Virus record (IMG/VR): IMGVR_UViG_3300012940_000088
Span: 1-28,410 of that record
Direction: 5' to 3' (one strand)
Length of the DNA stretch: 28,410 nt
Origin: a virus
Lineage: Duplodnaviria; Caudoviricetes
Shown: positions 18,301-25,933 of the stretch, in pieces
Layout of the letters: each line of letters begins with the position of its first letter
Position numbering within the stretch: the stretch's first letter is position 1
Position numbers and translations under genes: made by a program
The notes under the pieces: model-generated
Told to the model about the DNA's origin: nothing
What the model saw: only the letters and a program-made list of their open reading frames with translations
The model's database searches: none

Positions 18301-18324
18301 AATCCCGTGAAAGGAATCATTGAA

Positions 18325-18621
18325 ATGCGCGCAACAACTGTGATTTGGCTGGCCGCCCGGAATGTCGGCTCCCCGCACGATGGGGTTCTGATTCATAACG
18401 GGACATTGACGGAGTGTATTATGGAGTTAGCCAAATGGCTTGGACCGAAATCGATGAATAAATGTGTGGACATTGTGCTTGCGCGGTCGAAGGTTGAAGC
18501 GGAGGAACGATTGAATCGTGGAAGGAATGGCGGATTCGCCGTGTCGGATGATCTGGAGGCAGACTTGATGCGAATGCTGGACGGCGGCTCGGATAGTGTG
18601 AATCAGACACAGGAGAAATGA
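18325..18621 (+). CDS. Early hypothetical protein
   Basis: Start reassigned to MRATTV (SD AAGGA); first ORF after the early promoter. Confidence 0.65.
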   Translation: MRATTVIWLAARNVGSPHDGVLIHNGTLTECIMELAKWLGPKSMNKCVDIVLARSKVEAEERLNRGRNGGFAVSDDLEADLMRMLDGGSDSVNQTQEK

Positions 18622-18622
18622 A

Positions 18623-19114
18623 ATGACGATTTTGAATCGAACCGTGTATGGGAAGCTGTCAATCAACGGACGGAAGGTCGATCTCGATGTTGAACATGGG
18701 ATGGTTCACGAAATCATTTCATCATTCATCCGCGCGTGTAAAGATGCTGATGGTAGCGGGAATCTTTCATCAGTTAAGTTACACATCGGAGTCAAACCAA
18801 TCAAAGATATCGCCGCGTCGGAGGAAGAATTATTCGAGGAATCATTACTCGAAACTGGCAGGCAAACGGGGAATTTGATAATCTCCGACGACGATGATCC
18901 ATTCATGCCGGATTATGACGATATTCGAATCCACGAATTTATCCGAAAGAGAGAATCATCAAAGGTTCTCGATGAAATGATTAAACTGGAAGCCAAACCA
19001 TTTGAATTCTCCGACCAACGAGCAAATGACATTCGGCGACGATTCATCAATGAATTCAAAGGAACCAAGTGGTTTCAATTCGCAGACAAGGAAACCCGCC
19101 GACAGGCGAACTAA
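18623..19114 (+). CDS. Early hypothetical protein (acidic)
   Basis: 163 aa; SD AGGAG; coupled to the upstream stop. Confidence 0.7.
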   Translation: MTILNRTVYGKLSINGRKVDLDVEHGMVHEIISSFIRACKDADGSGNLSSVKLHIGVKPIKDIAASEEELFEESLLETGRQTGNLIISDDDDPFMPDYDDIRIHEFIRKRESSKVLDEMIKLEAKPFEFSDQRANDIRRRFINEFKGTKWFQFADKETRRQAN

Positions 19115-19152
19115 CCCCGGCAACTGGCTTGGGCTTTCAAATCAAAGAGTTG

Positions 19153-19197
19153 AGAATCAAAAGGATCAAAAGAATCAAAAGGATCAAAAGGATCAAC
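19153..19197 (+). repeat. 5 x 9-bp tandem repeat AGRATCAAA
   Basis: agaatcaaa aggatcaaa agaatcaaa aggatcaaa aggatcaac. Confidence 0.95.
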
Positions 19198-19200
19198 GGA

Positions 19201-19416
19201 ATGGCTGTTTGGCAGATTGAAATTGAATCATCGCGCGGATGGAAGAAAAACTTCGGTAAAAACTGGTGGCTTCGCGATCCGGTGTTTCGGTCGCCTTGGC
19301 AATTCGATTCTGAATCAACCGCACGGAATTTCATTCGCCTCTCGGAGTCATGTTGGCTCGCGCGAGGAAACCGATATCTCAGGCATCGATCCTTTGCCGT
19401 TGTTCAAATCGAATGA
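19201..19416 (+). CDS. Small Trp-rich early hypothetical protein
   Basis: MAVWQIEIESSRGWKKNFGKNWWLRDP...; the W.F.SE..A.NF pattern is common in small phage early proteins. Confidence 0.55.
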   Translation: MAVWQIEIESSRGWKKNFGKNWWLRDPVFRSPWQFDSESTARNFIRLSESCWLARGNRYLRHRSFAVVQIE

Positions 19417-19476
19417 ATCACAAAACCACCACAAAATCACGAAATCGGAAATCCGACGATAATTTCAAAAAAGTGC

Positions 19477-19505
19477 TTGACTTTCGCGCCAAAATATGCT
19501 ATGGC
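19477..19505 (+). promoter_or_regulatory. Sigma70-type promoter
   Basis: TTGACT-17bp-TATGGC with extended TG and an upstream A-tract. Confidence 0.7.
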
Positions 19506-19545
19506 CAAAGGTGCGATTAATTCGCAGGAATCAGGGAATAAATCG

Positions 19546-19698
19546 ATGAAAGGTAAGCCTAAGGCAAATCATTCCGCTCGCGAAACTCGGCTAATCGCCA
19601 AATCAGCGGGCCAACCGTTTTCCGTCATGTTCCACAATCTCCGTCGTCAAGGAATCACTCGGCGGCACAACGCAACGGCAGCGGTTAGCGGGTCATAA
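19546..19698 (+). CDS. Small basic hypothetical protein
   Basis: 50 aa, MKGKPKANHSARETRLIAK..., downstream of the 19477 promoter. Confidence 0.45.
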   Translation: MKGKPKANHSARETRLIAKSAGQPFSVMFHNLRRQGITRRHNATAAVSGS

Positions 19699-19746
19699 TC
19701 CACCGCCGTTTTGAATCAATTCAAGCCATTCAATTGGAGGAATCAA

Positions 19747-19956
19747 ATGTCTCAATCCAATCTCCCGTATCGCGTCCTTTACCGCAAACCGGAATGGGGT
19801 TTTTGGGCAATCGACCAAAACCATTATTCTCTTAACGGCGCAATCAAGTGTGCTCGTTATTATCAACGAATGCACGATTGCGAAACCAAACGATTGACTG
19901 ACGACGAGATTGAAGAGCAATTTCCGAATCAGCTTCACTCGTTAGCTCGCCAGTAA
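19747..19956 (+). CDS. Small early hypothetical protein
   Basis: Start reassigned to MSQSNL; SD GGAGG. Confidence 0.65.
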   Translation: MSQSNLPYRVLYRKPEWGFWAIDQNHYSLNGAIKCARYYQRMHDCETKRLTDDEIEEQFPNQLHSLARQ

Positions 19957-19993
19957 TCCACCAATCCTCAAGCCCTTCATTGGGAGGAATCAA

Positions 19994-20893
19994 ATGTTCG
20001 ATCTTCATCGTCAATCCGCCATCGTCCGTAAAATGATCGAGGAAACGGGAATCAATCCTCACGCCATTTACTGTCAAATCACGGGCGCACGGATAGCGCG
20101 AATGCGCCGCTCGGAAATCGACCTGATGTGGTCCACGATTAACGAGTCAATGGACGACGACGAAATCATCGACGAACTTTACACCCGCACAATTACATCA
20201 ATGCGTCCGTCGCCCGCATGGAATTACATCCGTCGCGAAACCTTGGAATCAATCCGCAAATCCAATCCCGTCGCGCTCGCGGCATATCTTCTCGGCCGGT
20301 ATTTTGAACCCCGAGACAAAGCATATTCCCGCTTGCAACGCACATTGGATCAACGAATCACGGATGGCGTAAACCGCATTAAATCATTCGCGGCGATCAA
20401 CGCCATGGCTTCACAGGCCAAACCGGAAGATATCAACGAATTTGTGACATTACTTCTCCTAATCGACTCCGAGTTTAATCTCGCCGACATGTCACAATTC
20501 GCCAATTTCCCCAAAACCCCAATCGATTTTGATGTTGCGCGAATTAACGATTACATCCTCGCGCTCCAAGCCGCTTATTTGGCTCAATGCGAAAAACGCG
20601 ATGCACAAATTCGCCGCCAAAAACTCGATCAGTCTTATTACAATTCAATCGGCAATGGCTTAGCCAAATACCCCGCCGCCCGCGCGTTTTTGGATTTGAA
20701 ACCTGAATCACTCGCTGCACAACAGCGAAAAGAAAAGGAATCAAAACTCAACGCGCTAACCAATCTAATCGCGTCGTTCATGCGCGGCGATGATGGTGTT
20801 GGCAATGTCGTCGAGCCACCGGCTCCGAATCCCGCCATCAAATCCATCCAACCACTCCGGCTCAAGCCGATCAATCTCAAAAAGGCGAATTGA
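19994..20893 (+). CDS. Hypothetical protein (helical, 299 aa)
   Basis: Long ORF with SD GGGAGG; no motif recognised. Confidence 0.8.
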   Translation: MFDLHRQSAIVRKMIEETGINPHAIYCQITGARIARMRRSEIDLMWSTINESMDDDEIIDELYTRTITSMRPSPAWNYIRRETLESIRKSNPVALAAYLLGRYFEPRDKAYSRLQRTLDQRITDGVNRIKSFAAINAMASQAKPEDINEFVTLLLLIDSEFNLADMSQFANFPKTPIDFDVARINDYILALQAAYLAQCEKRDAQIRRQKLDQSYYNSIGNGLAKYPAARAFLDLKPESLAAQQRKEKESKLNALTNLIASFMRGDDGVGNVVEPPAPNPAIKSIQPLRLKPINLKKAN

Positions 20894-20894
20894 G

Positions 20895-21089
20895 ATGGGA
20901 AAGAATCTCACGATTCCCGAATGGCTGGTCGTTGGCGAGCCGGAATTGAAATGGTGCGAAGCAATCATCCATACTTCGCGAGGCTTTGGCGGCGAGGATG
21001 ATAAATCCCTGCTCCTCCGATTCACCAACATGTCAGAAATCCGAATCAACCGCGCACTTAACTTGCTGCGCCAACAGAAAAGGATTTGA
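20895..21089 (+). CDS. Small hypothetical protein
   Basis: MGKNLTIPEWL...; fills the gap between neighbours. Confidence 0.55.
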   Translation: MGKNLTIPEWLVVGEPELKWCEAIIHTSRGFGGEDDKSLLLRFTNMSEIRINRALNLLRQQKRI

Positions 21090-21092
21090 ATC

Positions 21093-21299
21093 ATGTCCTA
21101 CCGCCTTCAATCCAAACCCGCCGAACGCAAGTTCCTTCTCCGCTATTCGGACCGGACTTACGTCACCAAACCGCCGCATTACACAATGCCGTGGTGTCTT
21201 TCCCAATCAGAAGCCAATCGATTCATTTTCGCGGCCCGTGCGATGCACGATGAAGTCCCGGAAATCATCGACGCTTCGGAAATTGGAGTCATTCGATGA
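21093..21299 (+). CDS. Small hypothetical protein
   Basis: 68 aa; SD AAGGA; ATGA coupling to the next gene. Confidence 0.6.
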   Translation: MSYRLQSKPAERKFLLRYSDRTYVTKPPHYTMPWCLSQSEANRFIFAARAMHDEVPEIIDASEIGVIR

Positions 21300-21532
21300 C
21301 CGATGCCACAGAAATCCTCACACCCGGAGGCTATATTTGGCTGGCTCGCGCACAACGTGCTGCGAATCATCCCGCCAAGCCAATTCTCCACAATTTGACC
21401 GATTACAACACCGATCCGGGTGATTGGATTACCGGATACCCTGACGTAATCAAATGGGCAAATCTGCAAATGGGTGAGATTGCCCATTACGCATTGCCGT
21501 TTGTCCGAGAATACATGGAGTCAAGCCGATGA
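21296..21532 (+). CDS. Small hypothetical protein
   Basis: 78 aa; ATGA overlaps on both sides. Confidence 0.6.
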   Translation: MTDATEILTPGGYIWLARAQRAANHPAKPILHNLTDYNTDPGDWITGYPDVIKWANLQMGEIAHYALPFVREYMESSR

Positions 21533-23634
21533 CTTTCAAACTCAACCTTGCCAGCGCCATTGCGGCCCAAAAAGCCAAACTGGCAACCACGGCCACGCAG
21601 CCGCCCATCCCGACTCCACGAATCGTTCCCGCCCATTCTGGTGAAGCCAAACGAATCATCGAGAATGAAGTGGCACGGATCGACCGGGAAATCGAGTCGG
21701 AAAACGCCGCAGTTGACGGGCGCATTGCGACCACCACCATGGTTGATCCCTCCCGGCGAGTCCGTCTTTCCCGCTTGATCGACGAATCATTCACCTTCGA
21801 CCCATCCCAACTCACCGCTATCCATGGCCTCTCCACGAATCAATACGCCTGCATGACGGGCGCAGCGGGGACGGGCAAAACGACATGTCTTAAAAAGGTC
21901 GTGGATGAGATTCAGGATCAGCTCCCGGTTGTGGACATGTCCACGTATTTCAAACACGGCGACTCCGAAGGAGCAAATCCCGACGATCCCGAGGATGATT
22001 ACAAGAAGCCTGAATACCTGATTCCCGGCGTGGCGCTTTGCGCTTACACGGGCCGAGCCAGTCAAATGATTAAGAAAAACTTCCCGCAAGACTGGCATGG
22101 GAATATCATGACGATTCACCGGCTCTTGGCATTCTATCCAATCTGGGAGGACGTTCCCGATCCGGAAACTGGAATGCTCAAGCGCAAGCCGCGATTCGTT
22201 CCGACGTATAACGCGGATTACAAACTGCCGTGGAAAGTCATCGTCATCGACGAAGCCGGTATGCTCGGGCTGGATTTGTGGAATCAACTTCTCGACGCTG
22301 TGACTTCGGATTGTCGAATCATCATGGTCGGCGATATCAACCAGCTTCCGCCGACGCATGGCAAATCGATTTTCGGATTCGCAATGGCCAAATGGCCTTC
22401 GTGGGAATTGACTCACATCCACCGCCAGAAGGGCAAAAACAATTCCATCGTTGATGCCGCATGGGCCGTGTTGAATGGGCAATACCCTAAGTCCGATTCC
22501 GTGAATGACCCGAATTGGAAATTCGTCACGATGGAAATCAACCACAATCCGTCAACGGCTTCCAAGCAATTGCGGAAATGGCTGAACACGATTCGCGGCC
22601 CGCTCTACGACCCGATTCGAGACACGGTAATCACGCCGATTAATGCGTTCAAGGAATCGTCCGGCTGGGAACTTGGGCAAGATCCATTGAATCGTGAACT
22701 GGCAATCATGTTCAACAAGGATCACGGTCGATATATTATTGACGCTGGACGTGATCGTAGATATTTCGCTGTCGGCGATAAAGTCATGGCCACGAAAAAT
22801 GACCACACGATTGGCATCACCAACGGCATGACCGGAATCATCGTTGATATCAAACCGAACCCGGAATACACCGGCAACACGCAACGATTCGGATTGATCG
22901 AGGACGTCAACGAATATTTGCGCACGGGCATAATCGATGAGGAAGAACCGGAGGAAGAAATCGTTCTCGAAGATTTGGCGGCGATTATGGCTGATGAATC
23001 AATCGAGAAAAAAGAAAAAGCCGAGCGCGGACCATCGAGCCACATCGTCACGGTAGATTTCGGCCATGGGAACCAAACTCTCGAAGTCGCATTCGGGACG
23101 CTGGCCGAAGTTGAATCATTGATGATGGCCTACGTCGTGACTTGCCATAAGATGCAAGGCGGCGAGGCCCCGTTTATTGTCGTGATTTGTCATCATGCGC
23201 ACAAACGAATGCTGGTTCGGGAATGGCTTTACACGGCGATTACGAGGGCATCTGAGCGTTGCGTTGTTCTTTACACGCGCATGGGATTGTCGTCTGCGAT
23301 TAATAAGCAAAACATCAAAGGTCGCACGTTGAAGGAAAAGGTTGCATCGTTCAATCGGCTGATTGATCCCAAGGGATTGCTTGGCGCGTCAATGACGGTT
23401 CGCCTGCCTGAACCTTCGGGAATCATTCACCTGCATGAGATTTCAGAGAAGGAATCACAATGTCAAACCAACATCGACACGGAAGATACGGGGACGACCA
23501 CGACCCCATCATCTTCTTCGGCCTCGGATTCGTCATCGGAATCATCGTCGCCGTCTGCGCCTGCGTCATCAGTTAAGATTCAAGTGGCGCCCGGTGCGAA
23601 GTTGAATCTCTTATCATTGGGGAAGAAGTCATGA
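21529..23634 (+). CDS. RecD/Dda-like SF1B DNA helicase
   Basis: Walker A GAAGTGKTT; AYTGRA; TIHRLL; Walker B VIDEAGM; VGDINQLPP; LTHIHRQ; GDKVM..KN; AYVVTCHKMQGGE; LYTAITRA. Confidence 0.93.
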   Translation: MTFKLNLASAIAAQKAKLATTATQPPIPTPRIVPAHSGEAKRIIENEVARIDREIESENAAVDGRIATTTMVDPSRRVRLSRLIDESFTFDPSQLTAIHGLSTNQYACMTGAAGTGKTTCLKKVVDEIQDQLPVVDMSTYFKHGDSEGANPDDPEDDYKKPEYLIPGVALCAYTGRASQMIKKNFPQDWHGNIMTIHRLLAFYPIWEDVPDPETGMLKRKPRFVPTYNADYKLPWKVIVIDEAGMLGLDLWNQLLDAVTSDCRIIMVGDINQLPPTHGKSIFGFAMAKWPSWELTHIHRQKGKNNSIVDAAWAVLNGQYPKSDSVNDPNWKFVTMEINHNPSTASKQLRKWLNTIRGPLYDPIRDTVITPINAFKESSGWELGQDPLNRELAIMFNKDHGRYIIDAGRDRRYFAVGDKVMATKNDHTIGITNGMTGIIVDIKPNPEYTGNTQRFGLIEDVNEYLRTGIIDEEEPEEEIVLEDLAAIMADESIEKKEKAERGPSSHIVTVDFGHGNQTLEVAFGTLAEVESLMMAYVVTCHKMQGGEAPFIVVICHHAHKRMLVREWLYTAITRASERCVVLYTRMGLSSAINKQNIKGRTLKEKVASFNRLIDPKGLLGASMTVRLPEPSGIIHLHEISEKESQCQTNIDTEDTGTTTTPSSSSASDSSSESSSPSAPASSVKIQVAPGAKLNLLSLGKKS
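23460..23576 (+). CDS. 38-aa single-TM protein nested out of frame in the helicase 3' end
   Basis: SD AAGGA then ATG; MSNQHRHGRYGDDHDPIIFFGLGFVIGIIVAVCACVIS. Confidence 0.55.
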   Translation: MSNQHRHGRYGDDHDPIIFFGLGFVIGIIVAVCACVIS

Positions 23635-23709
23635 TTGATTCGATGGACGAGTATTGTTGCCGAACTCTGTTTACCGCACGAATCATTGGGATGAAGGAAG
23701 GAACGGATT

Positions 23710-23919
23710 ATGATTACTCTCCACTTGACTGCGGCCCGGAAGCTTACCGCAATCGAGAACTCGAACTTTCGTGTTAACATCCACGGTCTCACCAATATGG
23801 ATTACAAGAGAGCGTTGGCGGTGTTTGGTGTCAATCTGGTTTTTGCAGAAGAAGAAGAAGGATGGAATCAAGATGCGAACAACACGACAAATGATTCGCG
23901 AGTTTTCGACGGCCTTTAA
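23710..23919 (+). CDS. Small hypothetical protein
   Basis: 69 aa; purine-rich SD; overlaps the next gene by 47 bp. Confidence 0.45.
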   Translation: MITLHLTAARKLTAIENSNFRVNIHGLTNMDYKRALAVFGVNLVFAEEEEGWNQDANNTTNDSRVFDGL

Positions 23920-24430
23920 TCGTCCGGTGAACACCGAGTGCCAGAAAACATTGACGGACGAGGACCGAATCCTTTTGGGGAAGTTGATTCTTGAGGAATG
24001 TTTGGAATACATCCATGACGGACTTGGGCTGGATATTCACGGCATGACTTTTGATGGATATGGCCTTATCGATCATACCGACATGGATCTGAATGTGAAT
24101 CCCTACCGCTCTTATGATCCCATCGAATCCGCCGACGCGCTCGGGGACATGAACGTTGTGATTCATTTCAACGCCCATTGGCATGGGTTCAATCTCGATC
24201 GAGTGACGGAGGAAATCCATCGGTCGAACATGTCGAAGTTGGCCGAGGATGGGACGCCGATTATCAACGGAGTGACTCCGGGGTATCGCGGGCGGGAAGA
24301 AGGATTCCCCGCTCAAGCATACGAGAAAGGATTCGATCCGGCCAAACCTGTCGGCAAAATCCTCAAGGGGCCGAACTACTTCAAACCGAATCTGCAACCG
24401 ATTTTGGACGCAGGGAATCAGGAGGACTAA
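23873..24430 (+). CDS. MazG-like (all-alpha) nucleotide pyrophosphohydrolase
   Basis: LILEECLEY, ESADALGDM, EIHRSNMSKL..DG.PI and GKILKGPNYFKPNL are hallmark motifs of the PRA-PH/DR2231-like MazG family; start reassigned to MRTTRQ. Confidence 0.88.
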   Translation: MRTTRQMIREFSTAFNRPVNTECQKTLTDEDRILLGKLILEECLEYIHDGLGLDIHGMTFDGYGLIDHTDMDLNVNPYRSYDPIESADALGDMNVVIHFNAHWHGFNLDRVTEEIHRSNMSKLAEDGTPIINGVTPGYRGREEGFPAQAYEKGFDPAKPVGKILKGPNYFKPNLQPILDAGNQED

Positions 24431-24432
24431 GC

Positions 24433-25152
24433 ATGGGAAGTCTCGTGAACACTGGCGTCTTGCTGGACAATCTCGATTCGATTCTCGAATCAATCACCAA
24501 GCTGAGGGATAACTTGGCGTCGGTCCCGCGTGGGGATTACTTGCTGGAGGAAGTGAAGGAAACGGAAATGAATCAGGAGACGAATCTGGAAAGGCCGCTG
24601 ATGGCGACGAAGGAACCGGTGCCGAGGCTCGGGAATCGACTGGCGTGGGGTGCGACGCTTTCCCATGATGCCGTGGCATCTATCCTGTGGGCCGCGAATG
24701 ATTTGGGACTCGACCCGTCTTACCTGACGGCGTGTATGAAGTTCGAATCGAATCTCAATCCGCGCGCCAAGAATCCTTATAGTTCGGCGACCGGGTTGAT
24801 TCAGTTTATGGATGGCACGGCCAGGAGTCTCGGGACGACGGTCGACGCGCTGGCCAAGATGGATTTCGTCCATCAAATGAATTATGTTTGGAAGTATTTC
24901 CAGCAATTCAAAACCCGTGGGTATGATCTGTCGAAGTGGACGCTGAGCGACGTTTACATGGCGATTCTCTGGCCGGCCGGAATCGGAAAGTCGGAGGATA
25001 TGCCGATCTTCGACGAGGGCATGGCCGAATATGCTGTGAATCGCGGGCTGGATTTGAATAAGGATGGACGAATCACGAAGAGCGAAGCGGCTGCCCGGCC
25101 GGCGAAGATGTTGCTTGAAGGACTCCGTTCTGAGAATGTTCTGGAGTATTGA
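24433..25152 (+). CDS. SLT-family lytic transglycosylase (probable endolysin)
   Basis: Catalytic MKFES, ATGLIQFM..TA, YMAILWP, EF-hand-like DLNKDGRIT; start at 24433 with SD GGAGG (alternative start 24568). Confidence 0.88.
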   Translation: MGSLVNTGVLLDNLDSILESITKLRDNLASVPRGDYLLEEVKETEMNQETNLERPLMATKEPVPRLGNRLAWGATLSHDAVASILWAANDLGLDPSYLTACMKFESNLNPRAKNPYSSATGLIQFMDGTARSLGTTVDALAKMDFVHQMNYVWKYFQQFKTRGYDLSKWTLSDVYMAILWPAGIGKSEDMPIFDEGMAEYAVNRGLDLNKDGRITKSEAAARPAKMLLEGLRSENVLEY

Positions 25153-25155
25153 TTC

Positions 25156-25437
25156 GTGAAGCGCATTCCGGTTCCCAAGTGTGTCTGTTGCCAGTCAGTT
25201 TCGGCTGCTTGGGAATCGGAACTGTGGCCGTCGGTCCGACTATGCTATCGATGCGTCTATGGATTGATGACGTGGTTTGTCGAGAACGACCTCGCCCACG
25301 GCAATCCTTTCGTGATTCATTTGGCCGAAAACGTATGGCCCAAGCAGGAGTTCCAAGGGCAGACCTACCAGACCGCATGGTATCGATCACCAGAGAAGAA
25401 TTCGTCGAGCCGGATTTTGATTCGACTCCCAAAATAA
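25156..25437 (+). CDS. Small putative Zn-binding protein
   Basis: CVCC...CYRC cysteine pairs; GTG start just after the upstream stop. Confidence 0.55.
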   Translation: MKRIPVPKCVCCQSVSAAWESELWPSVRLCYRCVYGLMTWFVENDLAHGNPFVIHLAENVWPKQEFQGQTYQTAWYRSPEKNSSSRILIRLPK

Positions 25438-25451
25438 TTCAAAGAAATCTC

Positions 25452-25480
25452 TTGACTTTTCTGGTGATCCATGCTATGCA
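25452..25480 (+). promoter_or_regulatory. Sigma70-type promoter
   Basis: TTGACT-17bp-TATGCA with extended TG, in an AT-rich intergenic gap. Confidence 0.7.
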
Positions 25481-25522
25481 ATTTCAGAATATGAAACCCG
25501 TTGAAAATTTCGGGAAACAACA

Positions 25523-25933
25523 ATGAATGAGAATGGGGAATTGATTCGCATTGACGCACGTGGGTTGTCCACGACGGAACTCCTCGGCCGGTGCCTTGAG
25601 GTTATGAACGTCGGGAATCGCGCCACGTTTCTTTGCGAACGCGGGATGGGGGACAAAGTCCTTCGACGACTTCGGATTCGGTTGTCTCGCCTGCGAAAGG
25701 CGATGGACGCCAAGGGCAAGCCGCGCCAGCACTTCCGATTGAACGCGCGGATTTACCCCTACACGAATCGGCAGGGCCAGCGATCCGATTGTTTGGTTCT
25801 GCACCGGGTCAAGACTCGCGAACATCTGATTGTCGAATCGATTGAAAGGACGATGAAAAATGCCGACGTTGGCGGAAATGATGGCGGTCAAACTGCAAGG
25901 CAAGACCATGAATCAGTCGGACCAACGTGGTGA
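25523..25933 (+). CDS. Basic hypothetical protein, possibly nucleic-acid binding
   Basis: 136 aa with an Arg-rich helix (LRRLRIRLSRLRKAM); first gene after the promoter. Confidence 0.65.
   Translation: MNENGELIRIDARGLSTTELLGRCLEVMNVGNRATFLCERGMGDKVLRRLRIRLSRLRKAMDAKGKPRQHFRLNARIYPYTNRQGQRSDCLVLHRVKTREHLIVESIERTMKNADVGGNDGGQTARQDHESVGPTW

Noticed and set aside
19069-19200. IKRIKRIKR peptide as the N-terminus of a 115-aa protein
   Set aside because: It is a translation of the 9-bp DNA repeat; the start at 19201 is more plausible
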